Below, in pieces: positions 1 through 32,538 of a stretch of DNA of 64,000 nucleotides. Both the position numbers and the translations under genes were made by a program. Positions within the stretch are counted from its first letter, which is position 1. Each line of letters opens with the position of its first letter. Source of the DNA: Paraspadella gotoi (taxonomy: Eukaryota; Animalia; Chaetognatha); contig CM119263.1 of NCBI GenBank assembly GCA_051294375.1, positions 25,882,436-25,946,435 of the forward strand, given 5' to 3'. A model generated the notes under the pieces. It saw nothing but the letters and a program-made list of their open reading frames with translations. It searched no databases and had not been told where the DNA came from.

Positions 1-899
1 TAGTTGAATATGATTGATTGACTACCCTTATAACTACCCAAAAACAAAATTTTGATTAGCTGAAGCTCTTCAATTACAAGTTATAACAATTAATGTACGA
101 TTTATTCAACTGGGCCAATGACATTGGCAATGTACTTCCCGACCCGAAAAAGTTTTTTGTTTTTAATTATTACATAGGTTTTAAGAGTAATCTGCACACG
201 CCCTCTTTAAAGGAAAAAGTTTTAACAAAAGAGCAAGAGTTCGTAGCATTTGCCATCATTTCGTAATTTAATCCGTTTTTCCTTCAAGGGTTTTGTGGTT
301 TTATGAATTTACCCAACTAATCAAGTGGAGCCTGGAATTTCATAAATTAGAACGCACTGAGAAAGCTTGTATAGAGAGACCTCCAGGTTAAACTCCCGCT
401 CTTCTCCGGACCCACCAATCGCCTATAGTTCGAACGTAGGTAAATCAAAACAATTTTTAAAATACTAAATTTTTTAATCCCGTCCCAAGCATAATCGTAA
501 AGAATTGTAGAATTTTGAGCAGTTCATTGTTTTAAAAATTCAACGCTGATTTGCTTATAAAAAATGCTATTTTAACAGTCTTAATAATTCATCAATTTGA
601 TTTATCTGTCAGCTTAATTTATCTTTTTTTCTTTCTGGTAATCGCTTTTTGCCTACGAATACTTTTTTAAACCATAATCACAACGAATAACGAAATATAA
701 AAAAATTATATTTTGGTGGTACAGTAAATCTACATTCTAGAGATTGTAGATTCTACAATTATGATGCGACACTGAAAAAGGGAATCAAAGACAAAGACTT
801 TTCTCCAACTTCCGATTTCAATCATTGAAATCTTAAATTCAAGATGAGGGAGAAAAAAAAAACGTCACTAGAAACGAGAGTGAGATTCGTCATCATCAT

Positions 900-2435
900 T
901 TAAGTCTGATAATGTATCTGCTGCTGCATGTCTCCCTGCTGCTGATACGCGGCAGTGTATATATTCTGCGCCTGCAGGTGGTGCTGCTGGGGCGCGGCGA
1001 GTTGATGCGTGACGTGCGTCGCCTCCCGCGTATCGTGGATGATGCTGACGGTTTGCGGAGCGCGGACAAAGTTGGAAGCGTTCGCGTGTTCGCCTTGAAT
1101 GGTAGCCTGGACGGGAGAAATGTATTCGTTACGTTGATGCGATTAATTAATTAATTATGGCGACACTTTAAAATCATTTAACGATAATCACGATTCCTCA
1201 CCATCGACTCGCTGATCTCCGGCACAACGACGACGCCCGTCTTTTCCGATTTCAACGAGTCCCTGTATTTCGAGAGGAACATCTTCAACGGCTCCACGTA
1301 AGAATCGAATCCGAGCGTCGACATCGCGAAGAGCAGATCCTCTCCGTTGATCGTCTTCCGCTTCTCCTGGTGACATCTGTCGGCCGCCTCCGACGTCACG
1401 AACGAGACGAACTCGGAGACGCACTCTTGGACGCACTCTTTAGCGTCCTTGGCGATCTTACCGTTGGACGGAATTCTGAGAGAAATGGAGATTGAAGAAG
1501 AGAGGATTTATATCGATCTTAAATGCCCAACGCTCGACGATGCTGATGCCTCGATGGAAAGGTCTTGGGTTCAAAGAAGAACAATCTTGCTTCGGTAAGA
1601 AATGATGCCAAACTCGGCACACGGTGATTAAATAATATATTGCTCTGGTCATAAAGCTTCGTCCCTCTGAGCCCCTTAGACCAAATAAATTTCTCGGTCT
1701 CAGGAAAGCATACCTGTCTTTCATGATCTTGGCGACATTGGCTATCGGTAGGAATCGATCCTGATCGCGAATTTGCTCGGGATTCTCCGTTTCGTCTTCG
1801 TCGGCGGTCATTGATTGGTTGGGATCGTCTGCTCAAATAATATCGATTGGATAGAAAAGTGTTGACCAATGACTCTTAGCCAATACATTTTCACAAATGA
1901 ATATATATTCTTAATACGAAAACACGCAAACTCTTGTCAACGTTTATTCTTCTTACATTATTAAATCGATAAAAATACAAATCGGAGTTTGATGGGATGA
2001 AATAAATAAAATAAATAAAATACTTTAGCGGTCTAAACAACAACAACAACAACAACAACTTTACAAGTCGATCACCAAACGACCACTTAATCGTTTAGTG
2101 GTTAGTTAAACTTGTCCAAGTTACCAGTTAATCTCGTTTACTCGTTCATGATTTGCTCTATTGTTATGTTTATTACCAATGGTCATTGGCCATTGTAACC
2201 TTTTTACTGTTTTGCTTTTATGTTTCCTCTTTTTGTTGATGACCTTCGATCATTAAATATTTTCCTTTCTCGATATTTTCTAAAAAATATTTATCAAGTA
2301 AAGTCTCCACAATACTGTATAATCAAAATATTTTAAGTGCCCACTTACCAAGCGGATGAACTTACCATCCAAGAGGTAATTGGGTTCATGCATGACTCCG
2401 GCAAAATCATCCCCGTCTTCTTGAGCAGTCGCCAT
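900..2435 (-). CDS. NFYB: Nuclear transcription factor Y subunit beta (CCAAT-binding, histone-fold), about 221 aa
   Basis: Phase-compatible GT-AG exons 2435-2366, 1828-1714, 1475-1202 and 1106-900. The translation contains the NF-YB core [17 protein letters not shown]...[64 protein letters not shown], then a Q/H-rich tail ending in TAA. Confidence 0.95.
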
Positions 2436-3813
2436 TTTTAGCTGGAATGTGGATGTGTGTAATGTAGATACGAAGATAAATCTGCAAAATCAAAATAAAA
2501 TGGTGAATGGTATTGTAGTTTATATAGTATCAAATCGTTTAAAATTTCATTTAATGAGAAATTATTTATTTCATTATCATTATTATTATTAAAAATAGAT
2601 TTTAAATGATTTCCGCATTTTATGATTTCCTTTAGTTTATTCTAGAAACGCATTGGTCACGCAAAATACAAAACTGAAAAAGCCTATGCGATTGCTATTG
2701 TTTGAAAACCAGCTGAGATGCGATAAAAATCAACGGAATGTTTGGCGTCGTTATTGCCATATGATTGCTCTTCTTTTTCAAACTGTCGCCCCTGGTGCCA
2801 CGATTTGAAAGTCGAACTCGCATTGATGATAGTTAATAATTTTATATTTTTCTCGTAATACATTTTTTATCTGTTCAGTGCCTGAAATATTTTTTAATGT
2901 ATGTTTATGATGTTTCTTGTTAACTTATATTTAATATGAAGCAGAAATGTTATTTGGAATAGAATGCTCTTCGTCTTGATGCTTTTTGGCTAGACTATCA
3001 TAAAAAAAAGATATGAGAGACGACATATATTTTCATTGTTTATTCAGGAGATTATTAAAAACAATAAATATTGTGTTAAGCAAAAAGTTGCTAAACCGAA
3101 AACTAGAATATAAAATTATGCATTTAAGTTTGTTTTCGTTTTTCGATAGTGTTAAATTAAACAACAGCTCTCACCCTTTCAGAATTTACAAAGGTAAAAT
3201 AATAAGAGTGATAAAAATGTATATATTTTTAATCTGCAAAAAAAAAAAAAAGAAAAAGATTGTATTTTCAATTTCATAGTTCTTAAATTTTAATACCAGA
3301 TAAGTTGAAAACTTCAAAAAATGAAATCTCTTGTCAGTCCATTTTCTATTTTTTTTAATTTTGTGGCGGTATAACCTAAAGAGACCTCACTCCTGTCTGT
3401 TTAAATATGAACAGTCCAAAGTAAAAACAACTTTACAATTCCTTCACAGCTTACTTTTAAATTGCAAATAAAGAAGATGTAATATTTTTACAAAGGGAGA
3501 GAAAGAAAAATAGGAAAATGAAAGACTGAAAGAGTGCCAGAAATAGATCATAGGACATTTGTAACTTCATTACTAAATAGTAACTATCACTTTTATAGGT
3601 GTGGCTACGGAAAAAGTAATTAAGTTAAAACTGGCTTAAATGATTTAAATTATGAATAAGTAGTAAGTTCAGAAGTAATAAACGTTTTTCAATTCAATTC
3701 CCTAATTCGTAAACAATCAAAGAGCTGATAATTTTCATGATCACGTTTCGTTTAGTTTCAAATACTTAAAAAAAAGTTTTTTAAAATTCAATTGACATTT
3801 TATTTGATGATTT

Positions 3814-22637
<18,824 letters not shown>

Positions 22638-22944
22638 CGTTGCGAAGGAGAAAACAAGAAAGAAAACAGAGGACGAATCAAAAGGGAAAAGGACGGAAAC
22701 GTGGACAAATAACTGGAGCAAGAACTGGTTTGGAGACTGGAGATGGTTAGGGCAAAGACTCTGGCCGAGAATGGAGCAAAGAAAGAGGAATTGGGACACG
22801 GACGGTGTTTAAGGCGAGGTTAGACTAGGTACATATATTGGAGTTGAGACTTGGGTTGAAGGCTGAGGTGAAGACGGGTGACAATCTCGGGCAAGATGAA
22901 TCGGACAACGATTGGGTCGAAGAAGGAACAAAAAACTGGGACAA

Positions 22945-23176
22945 GAACTGCGTCGAAGATTGCGTCGAAGACTGCGGCGAAGTCTGCGGCGAAGACTGCG
23001 ACGAAGACTGCGGCGAAGTCTGCGGCGAAGTCTGCGGCGAAGACTGCGGCGAAGACTGCGGCGAAGACTGCGGCGAAGTCTGCGGCGAAGTCTGCGGCGA
23101 AGACTGCGGCGAAGACTGCGGCGAAGACTGCGGCGAAGACTGCGGCGAAGTCTGCGGCGAAGACTGCGGCGAAGAC
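22945..23176. repeat. 12-bp minisatellite (gaagactgcggc/gaagtctgcggc)
   Basis: Near-perfect tandem 12-mers about 300 bp upstream of the GPCR start codon. Confidence 0.95.
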
Positions 23177-23375
23177 CGTAGAGGACGACGAAACTGGTTT
23201 AAAATCGAGGGACAATATTTGAGTCGAAGGAGACGACGAGGGAAGAATTAAGTCTGAAGTCTGAAGTCTGAAGTCGACGCCGAAAATAAACTGAAAAAAA
23301 GAAAAGATGAAATGTAGTGGTAGTATTTCATACCCCACTACTCGTCCGAGAATCAGCAGCACCTATGGCGCCGGA

Positions 23376-23555
23376 GGTAGCACGAGCTCTTCCCAACCCA
23401 AAGGACTCGGGTTCGCGCCCTGCTGATTCACACAAGTAAAAGCGGGACGGGGCGTCTCACCCACCTGTAGTGTCGGACTACAGCCCGATCCGAAGTTCGG
23501 GACCTTGTGTGCAACGGACGGTAAACTGCTCGCGGCATCGTCTTCCACAGAAATA
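23376..23555 (+). mobile_element. tRNA-Gly-derived SINE-like element
   Basis: Head tggcgccggagg...tcccaacccaaaggactcgggttcgcgccc contains A-box-like and B-box (GGTTCG) motifs. Related copies lie at 25506-25660 (-), 43061-43135 (-) and 46550-46680 (+). Confidence 0.7.
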
Positions 23556-23566
23556 AGATAATATGA

Positions 23567-23690
23567 AATGAGTAAAAGAAAAGATGATGAGATGACATGA
23601 GTAAAAGAAAAGATGATGAGATGACATGAGTAAAAGAAAAGATGATGAGATGACATGAGTAAAAGAAAAGATGATGAGACAAGTAAAAGA
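23567..23690. repeat. 31-bp tandem repeat
   Basis: Unit atgagtaaaagaaaagatgatgagatgac..., present in about 3.5 copies. Confidence 0.9.
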
Positions 23691-23871
23691 ATGAAGATGG
23701 TAAAAATCAGCAAAAAGGATGAAAAGAAATAAAGCAAAGAAAAAAAGAAAGAAAAAAAAAACTGCAAGGAATAAAAATTGGAAAAACGTCTGCGAATGAA
23801 CGGTTAAGGAAAAGCTTTTCGGGATTATTGCGATAGATGTTTTTCTGATGTTATGTTTCAAAACATAACGG

Positions 23872-23908
<37 letters not shown>

Positions 23909-24199
23909 AATCTAAAATTCATACAGCCTTTCGCATTGTTTTGTAAGTCTTGCTACGTGTGTTTCCTGGATGAAAAAATGTTTTACAGAATTGCATATGC
24001 CTGTATCCTGGTCTTAGATTTCTTGACATTTATGAACATTTATATTTTAATTGAAAAAGCTTAATAAAAAACGACAGATATTAAAGAAAACTTATAAATT
24101 CGCCAGCGGCTGCGAGTGGGAAAAAAAGGACCTCTTAGTTGAAGACATTCGTGTCACGAAAAAAAAGATATCGTTTTATTGATAAATACCCACATTATT

Positions 24200-24780
24200 T
24201 CGACGACAATGGAAAACACGACGAAGACAACGACGACGACGATAAAGACGACGAAGACATCGACGACAACGATAAAGACGACAAAGAAAGCGATGACGAC
24301 GATAAAGACAACGAAGAAAACGACGACCATAAAGACGACGAAGACAACGACGATAAAGCCGATGAAGACAACAACGACGACTATAAATACCACGAAGACA
24401 ATGACGAAAATGATAAAGACGATGAAGACAATGACGACGACAATAAAGACAACGACGACAACGATAAAGAAGACGAAGACAACGACGACAACGATAAAGA
24501 CGACAAAGATAACGACGACAACGATAAAGATAACGAAGACAACAAAGACGACGATAAAGACAACAAAGACGACTATAAAGACGACGAAGACAACGACAAC
24601 AACGATAGAGATGACGAAGACAACGACGATGATGATAAATACGACGAAGACAACGACGACAACAATAAAGACGATGAAGACAACGACGACGACGATAAAG
24701 ACGATGAAGACAATGAAGACAACAATGACGACGATAAAGACGACGAAGACAACGACGACGACGATAAAGACGACGAAGGG
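24200..24780. repeat. GAC/AAC-rich degenerate satellite
   Basis: Repeated gacgaagacaacgacgac(g/a)acgataaa units. Several frames are open because the repeat lacks stop codons. Confidence 0.9.
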
Positions 24781-25505
24781 AAGATTATAAACGTTTTTTA
24801 TTCCCATTCGCCGATGGGGAATGTGAACAAGACGCTTCCAATTAAAACGCTTCCGTCGAGTTCAGATGTTCGATAAAAATTTTATTTATAACTTCGTTAT
24901 TTTTTCACATTTAATCACCATTCTCTGCCGTGAGAAACAAGTCGCCTTACGCCTTACGTTTCGCTTTTTCGATCGAGGGTGGAACTTTCTTGAAGCCTCG
25001 GGTTTAATACTAAGAGAAAGTGAATATGAAAAAATTAATTACGAGTTAGAGTCACTACGAGAGAGACAATATGATGGAATCCTTGATTTGTTATTATCAT
25101 GCCTCGAAACCTGTCTAAAGTCAAGGACACGATAGTTTGTTAGTTTAACGATTGAATATTTTTTTCTTTGTTTCAATACTGATATCTTAAACTGAATCAT
25201 AAAAACCGCGAAAATATCAACATTGGCTACGATAACAACGAGAACCACCATCGACCGCATTGGCGGCAAATATGGGTTTTGGGCCGAAAGGAAAAAACGA
25301 GTGAATGTTTGTCGAGAAGTGAGGTTTAAAAACGAAAAGCTCTTTCAAATTCCAAAGTCAAAACAGAAGCGATTTCATTGTCAGCGGTTGAATGGAAAAA
25401 AAGAATTTAACTAATGAATATTATGGAAAACTCGTCTTTGAAAGTTTTTGTCATATGATAATAAATGTGAACAAAAATTCGGAATAGAAAAAATACTAGC
25501 TAAAC

Positions 25506-25660
25506 TGTATTTTGTGGAAAACGACGCCGCGAGCAAACTTCGGATCGAGCTGTTGTCCGTCACTACAGCTTGGTTAGACGCCCCTTCGCGCTTTCTTGTG
25601 TGAATCCTTTGGATTGGGAGGAGCTCGTGCTATCTCCGGCGCCATAGGTACTGCTGATTC
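25506..25660 (-). mobile_element. tRNA-derived SINE-like element, internally deleted copy
   Basis: Reverse complement matches 23360-23555 in blocks (aatcagcag..cctatggcgccggag, gatccgaagtt, tgctcgcggc). Confidence 0.7.
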
Positions 25661-26644
25661 TGCGTATGAAATACTAAATTTTGGACACACCCAGTAGTTC
25701 TTGCCTCATTACAAAATCAATAAATACTAAAACGATACAAGGAAAGAAGTATCGAACCAAATGAATAATCTAAAAAATGAACAAAGAAGGAAGCGGCAGT
25801 TTCGAGAGCGAGGCTGAGACTTGCGTCGTCGCCTCAAATCCCATTTGTTCAACGAAGATGATTGATTCGCCGCCGAAGGCTTAAGGACTTATTGGTGGCG
25901 TCGTCGTCTTCGTCGTCGTCTTCGTCGTCGTCATCGTTATCCTCCTAGACGTTGCCTTTATCGTCGTCGTCTCCACATCTGTCGTCGTTGTTTTTATCGC
26001 GTCCGTCGTCGTTGTTGTTGCTCTTGCAATTTCTTGACCAAAGCTTCTGCCGCCCAGTTCTATTAAAATCGATCGAAAATCATTAACTATTATTTTTTTT
26101 TATGCGATTAATTGAAAACAAAATAAAAAATAAAATTTCGATTTCAACGCTGCGCTGGCGATGGTTCGCTCGGAGTCGCGCGGCGACTCGCTACGTCGCA
26201 CGACAACGCCGGCGTGGACGCGTCACATTTTCGAGCGCGTCGCGTTTGTTTTTCTCGTGAAGGGGGCGGCAGGGAGGTGGAAAAGTTAACGAGATTGAAG
26301 AGTAATTAACGAAGGGAGAAAACTCGGGGAAGAGACGCCGTGGGCGTTGTGGTTGTTGTTGTTACTGACGTTAGCTTATTCGCGGCTTCGACGTCAACAT
26401 TGTCATTAGCATACCTAACGCTTCGAGGTCGTCGTGGTCGTCGTCGTCGTCACGCAAATCCAATTTGTTTCTTTAAAGACTTCGTTGTCTTCGTCTTTTT
26501 GATGTATTAGAAGAAAGGACATCAAGTACATTTTATTATAATATTCGTAACTTAACATATATAAATATATATTATCTATAATTTAATTGTACAATTATAC
26601 AATTGAAACATTTAATAGAAAAAAATTTATATTATCAAATACTT

Positions 26645-26840
26645 TGGGAATTAATAAATTAAACTGCGAGAGAGTCTTGATTGAAAGCTTACATGGGATG
26701 TCATAATCTTATAATAGGTAAGGAGGCCTTAACTCAGTGCAATAAAGCTGATTAATTTAGTAAATATATAATTTTTATATTGGTTGTACCAATTTCATCA
26801 CCATATTAGTACTTAATTACTTTCGCGTCCCTGAGGGAGT
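26645..26840 (+). mobile_element. Possible GIY-YIG 3' remnant, copy 2 (with in-frame stops)
   Basis: Reads INKLNCERVLIESLHGMS*SYNR*GGLN. It shares tttttatattggttgtaccaattt with the reverse complement of 13482-13505. Confidence 0.35.
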
Positions 26841-27011
26841 AATCTTTAGGAAATAGACATTAGACAATATAAGAAGGACTGTCGAGTGTCGAGGGTCAAT
26901 TGATCCGGAGAGAAAAGGGTCAGAGAACAAATGAGGTCAAAAGGTCAAATGGTCAACTTGTGTGACTCGATTCGTCCCGTTTAGAACTTCGATTAGCATG
27001 TGAGAAGTGAG

Positions 27012-27049
<38 letters not shown>

Positions 27050-27349
27050 ATGAAATTTCAGGCGCTTCGGTGGCGTCGGCAGCGTCAGTGGTTTGGATTT
27101 AGTGGAATTTCGTGGAATTTCGTGGAAATAATTCAGGATTCAACGAAGGGAATCGAGTCAAGGAACCGGAAGCGAATCGGGAAAGAAAAGAAGAAATCCG
27201 AAGCCGATCGGGAATGAAAGAGGAAAGAAGAAGAAAAAAGGAAAAGAGGAAAATGAAAAAAAGGAAAAAAGAAAGAAGATAAGAAAATACGTAATCAGAA
27301 AATTGAAGTAAACAAAAAAGTTAATAAAAAAAAAGAAAATTAAAAGATA

Positions 27350-28030
27350 CACCGTGACCATTTGAAACCCGCTGCTAGAAAAAATTAACCAAAGGAAAAC
27401 GTGAAAAGATTTTAAAATTGTAAAAAGTCAAAACAATAATATTTATATTGCCTGAAAGCCCTTTAAAAACTGTATACTATGATACAATTTTCGATTCTGT
27501 AGTATAAAAAAATATATTTTTGAGCTTAAGTAAAAGTTATAGATTTTTAAAAGGTATAGATTTTAATTATTTTACTTTTTAAAATAGTTAGTGGCAAAGT
27601 ATATTATTTTTAAGAAATCATAATTAATATTGATATTAATATTAATATTAATATTGATTTAAGGTCAGGAACTTGACCTTGGTCAAATGTCAGTTTCATT
27701 GTCGAGGTTGTTGTCGTTGTTGTTGTTGTCGTCGCCGCAATAAATCAATTCTTAACGTTTTTTCTTATGATACCCATATTAGCACTAATTAGTAGGATTA
27801 TGATTTTTTAACAGAGCTATTGATTCCAGATAACAAATTTCTCTTTATTTCTGATCGAAAAGCTTGAATTTGCTCCTAACTTTTTTCGCTCATTACGAAC
27901 TCAAAATCAAATCAACTATCAAAAAATTTATACCTAAAAAATGAGTACGTCTTTATATCTTTTTTCAAAATGTTAAAACCTCTCATTCGGTGAATTTTTT
28001 TATAGCGGCGGGTTTCAAATGGTCACGGTG
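27350..28030. mobile_element. Tc1/mariner-type MITE
   Basis: TIRs caccgtgaccatttgaaacccgc / gcgggtttcaaatggtcacggtg, flanked by TA on both sides. No ORF. Confidence 0.85.
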
Positions 28031-28901
28031 TATGAGAGAAGAAGAGAAAAGAGGAAAAAGATGAAAAGATCCGATTGAAGGTAGAATTTTAAAATATTAG
28101 AAGAAAGAATGAAATGAAAAGATGAAGAAAATGAGGAAATCAAGGGAAGTTTCTCGAAAGTCTAATGATTAAATAGAAGCAGATAACCAAGATACTGGGG
28201 AAAGACCAAAGAAAAAAAAGGAAAGAAAAAGAAAATGAGATTCTAAATGGAAATGAAAAATGTAAATGAGGACGATAATGGGAAGAAAAGCCGGGATGAG
28301 CGGTTGCGCCATTGTGCAGTTGCATTTGCGGAGTTGCCAATGTCTCTCTTCTGTTGTCTTCGTGAAATTAAATAGGCTAATATATATATTATATATATAT
28401 TATATAACTAGGGTAGAAAAAGTGGTTGGGTCTCAAACAAGGGAAAATAAGACAGGCTGGCAACGAAATGGAGCCAAATCCAATCTCAGCCTGAAATTCG
28501 TGTTGTTCTTTTGGTTTTCACCGAAGCAAATTTTACAATCGATCTTCCACAGTGTGATGTAAGAAGGGGTGAAGGGAGGCGGAGGAGAGAAAACAAATCA
28601 GACTCACACTCACAGTGGTACAAATTTTCAGCGGATCAAAAGAGAGGAATTGGTTTTATTATTAATTAATTAAAGATTCATTTAAAAAAATTAAAAATAT
28701 GGAATGTGGAATTCTCTCTTTCTTTAATTTCACAATTAATTACTAAACACAACTCACCCAAACCATTTTTAGGAAATCCAATACAAATTTTCTCTTCGCC
28801 GACAGTGTCACTGTAAATAAGACCAGGAAAGTTTTTGCCAAGACAAACCAAGACAAACCGACACTCTTTATTCGGGTCAGGATGGCCTTTTGTTTTTTGT
28901 C

Positions 28902-28989
<88 letters not shown>

Positions 28990-29271
28990 AGAGAGAAACG
29001 AGAAAACGACGGGTCGAGTATCAAAAAAAGAGAGAAAGAGGTGAAGCGGAAAAAAAGGGAAAGAAGGGAAAAAAAAGGACAAAAATAAGGAAAATAATGG
29101 GGAATGGGACTTGTCTTTTGTTTTGGTGAGAACGGGGATGAGAAGGAGGAGGAAGAGGAAGAGGAAGAAAAGGGCGTCGACGATTCCCTTTGTATCCAAG
29201 AGAGGAAACTCCCATGACCGAAGCAGAACCCGCAAACGGCCCCTCGTGTGAAAACCGTTTATCTCCCTCAC

Positions 29272-29334
<63 letters not shown>

Positions 29335-29519
29335 CGACGCAGAAGGAAGCTTTGCGTGGCGCAATTGTAATCATTACGCGTTCCCATTTTCTTCCGACGA
29401 AATGTTACTACATCTCTCGTGCATAAAAATTCGCTTAGGCAATGATCGAACGTCCGTCGTTGTCGTCGTCGTCGTCGTCGTCGTCTTCGTCGTTCTCTCC
29501 GTTTTTTTGCTGTTGCTTT

Positions 29520-30030
29520 TTTTCGTCGTATCTGCTTATAAGCAGATCTCGACTCTATAATTCACTTTGTCGGTCCGTCGGTCCGCCCCCTCAATCATGT
29601 CGGGCATTCACTTATATCACGTCAGAACATCGAATTATGATAGATTATGCAAAAAAACAATATCCGTCCGTTCGTTCTTCCGTCCGTCCCTCCGTCCATC
29701 TGTCCCACCTTAGCAAAAAACTCCAATTATTCGTGATTGGATTGATGGATTGGAATGAAATTTTGTGTGTGGGTAGGGAAGTGTGTGATTGAGCTAGATA
29801 TGAAGTTTCGATGGAATCGTGCTAGTGGAAATGAGTTTAAATGGAAAAAACAAATATATTTCACTATTTGAACGCCAATTACTCATGAGTGGATGGGGCG
29901 ATTGACTTGAAATTTTTTATTTTGGTAGAAAAAAGCGTGATTAAACTGGAAATCAAGTTTCGATGGAATCGTTTGAGTGGAAATGAGTTTAAATGGAAAA
30001 AAACAAAGAACCTATTTCACTAATTGATTA
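29520..30030 (+). mobile_element. Helentron-associated (HINE/DINE-like) repeat, family A
   Basis: T-rich start, 5' palindrome gtcg(g/t)atctgc..gcagatc(c/t)cgac and (CCGT)n microsatellite. The body is shared with the copies at 36919, 41775, 44860 and 56966. Confidence 0.7.
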
Positions 30031-30582
30031 TGCTTCTTTTTATTTTTATATTAAATGTAAATGCAAGATGTATTAAATAATCAAATAATTAATAAGTTAA
30101 TTAATCAATTAGTTAATTAATTAATAAATCAATCAATTATTTATATATTACTTAATTATTCAATCAATAAATTTATTTATCAATTAATTAATTATTTAAT
30201 CAATCTATCAATAAAGTCAATCGTTATTTGCATTATTGTCGTCGTCGCCATCATCGTCGTCGTTGGTAAATGACGAAAAGACCTAAAAACAAACATTTCG
30301 GATCAAATTAATTAATTTATTAATTAACTACCGCTAATGATCGTGCGTGTGGAAATGAGTTTAAATAGAAAAAACAAAAGTCGTGTCATATTATTAATTA
30401 TTAAAAATCACTTGCTTCAAACGAGACAAAAGGACAAAGTTAGTCTGATTTAATGACGTCCCTTGTCAAGGGACTTGATGGACGATTTAGTCATCGGCAA
30501 TTAAGGAGAAAGGGTCATCGTCGGTGTTGTTGTTGTTGTTGTTGTCGTGACATTAATTCGTCGGTTGTTTTCTGCTGACCAG

Positions 30583-30777
30583 ACAAGTTGTCCAAACCAA
30601 TTCGTTCAGAATCTCAAGCGACGACGGCTCAGTGCGTCTCCTCTACGTGCAAAATCAACTGTGCACAGAGCCAATACGCGTCCGATGTGTCTAAAACCAA
30701 CTGCGTCACAGGGGAGGTGCATCCGCTATGTGCACTACCTCCGCGCATTCCTTGCGTGCACAATAAGGCGGAACAAA
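30583..30777 (+). CDS. Orphan phase 1-1 exon candidate with 6 Cys (loosely CCP/Sushi-like)
   Basis: cag acceptor and gta donor around 195 nt of open frame: KLSKPIRSESQATTAQCVSSTCKINCAQSQYASDVSKTNCVTGEVHPLCALPPRIPCVHNKAEQ. Partner exons were not identified. Confidence 0.3.
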
Positions 30778-31940
30778 GTAAAAACTAAGAGTTTTGTAAT
30801 GTAAATAACGTTAGAGCATCCCTGTGGGATAACGAAATTAAAAAAAAAAAAAAAAAAAAACAAAGGAAAAGGACGAATGAATTTTATATTACAGAACTCT
30901 TAAAGATATAAAGTGATTAATTTTGGCCCGCCTAAGTGCACAACCAACGTTCATTGGCTTTGGAAATCTGAAACGCGCCTCGCAATCGATTAGCAAGATA
31001 GGAATCGGATATTGTTGCCATGGAAACTAGTGGAAAGATAGAGAAATAAGTGAAAAGAAGTAGAAATAAAAGGAAATATGTAGAAACAATTAATGAGTGA
31101 AAGGAAGTAGAAATAAGTGAAAAGAAGTAGAAACATGTGAAAATATGTAGAAATAAGTTAAAAGATGTAGAAATAAATGAAAAATGTAGAAATAAGTGAA
31201 AACAAGTGAAAAGAAATAAGAGGAGGTAAAAATATGTGGAAAGTAATGAGAAAAGTGGAAAGAAGTGAAAAGATTTGCTCAAGAGATAAAAAAAGCAAAA
31301 ATGAAACATAATTGATTTTAAAGCGACTGGATGTAATGCAGAGGAAAATGCATCACATTTATTTGATTGATTTGAGTGAATATGGGCTTAAAATTTTAGA
31401 TTGAAAATTTAAAAAAAACTTTGGCGAAGAAATGTTGAAAAATGAAACAGAAAAGTTTAAAAGACTTGAAAAAGACTTTAAAGACTTGAAACATTCGGTT
31501 ACATTTTATTTTTATTGATTTTAAAATTGTTATCATTTTTATTCTCACGCGAGTTGACGAATGTTGACGAAGATTGACGACCCTTGTTTACTTTCGATGT
31601 CGAAAATGTCAAACAACCACGAGTAGAGCCGAGAATTAAAAGAAGAAGAGAGAGAGAGAGAAGAGAGAGAGGAGAAGAGGAGAGAGAGAGAGAGGAGAGA
31701 GAGAGAGGAGAGAGAGAGAGGAGCATCAGCCTCAGAAAGATAAAGGCGGTCATATCCAGAGGTAAGAAGGGAATCTGGGGAGATGGGATAAAGCGAGAGA
31801 ATGTGAGAGCGAGAGAAAGAGAGAGCAAGAGAAAGAAAGAGCGAGCGAAGATGAAAAATGAGTGCAGAGATTTTGTTTCCAACGATAAATCCTATTCTCG
31901 AAGTATTTACTGAGAAAGAATAGAAAAAGAAAGAAAGAAA

Positions 31941-32062
<122 letters not shown>

Positions 32063-32308
32063 ATAAAAGAAAGAAAAAAAAACAGAAAGAAAAAATAAAC
32101 AGAGGCAAGAATGAAAGAAGAAGAAAGAAGAAGAAAGAAGGAAAGAAGAAGAAATAAGAAACAGTGAGACAGAGTTACGCGCGCTTCGTTCCGACCAGAA
32201 TAATTCCTTCCTTCTTTCCTTCATTTTCTTTCCTCGAGTCACGTGAAGAGATCACGTGATCAAAACGCACGAGACGCGTCGACCGGAAGGACGACGCGCG
32301 TGAGAAGT

Positions 32309-32538
32309 AACAGTAGGAACGAATTGGTTGTATTAGTAATACGTCGTAATGTTATATTTTTAGTTCATTCCATTTCCGCTATAGTTAAGCTCTGAGTGCG
32401 CTTATAAAATCAAAACAATTTCAACAGTAGGAACGAATTGGTTGTATTAGTAATACGTCGTAATGTTATATTTTTAGTTCATTCCTTTTCCGTTATAGTT
32501 AAGCTCTGAGTGCGCTTATAAAATCAAAACAATTTCAA
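32309..32538. repeat. 114-bp tandem duplication
   Basis: Two near-identical units beginning aacagtaggaacgaattgg at 32309 and 32423. Confidence 0.9.

Noticed and set aside
2349-2365. Alternative NF-YB donor 17 nt downstream
   Set aside because: It would change phase and break the frame with the next exon. There is no evidence of use.
22838-23251. Histone H1-like (AAKT)n, protamine-like and Cys/Glu-rich ORFs
   Set aside because: All are translations of one stop-free 12-bp minisatellite, with no unique coding context.
24139-24876. 245-aa Asp-rich / 203-aa Thr-rich ORFs
   Set aside because: GAC-based satellite open in several frames on both strands, with no splice or domain support.
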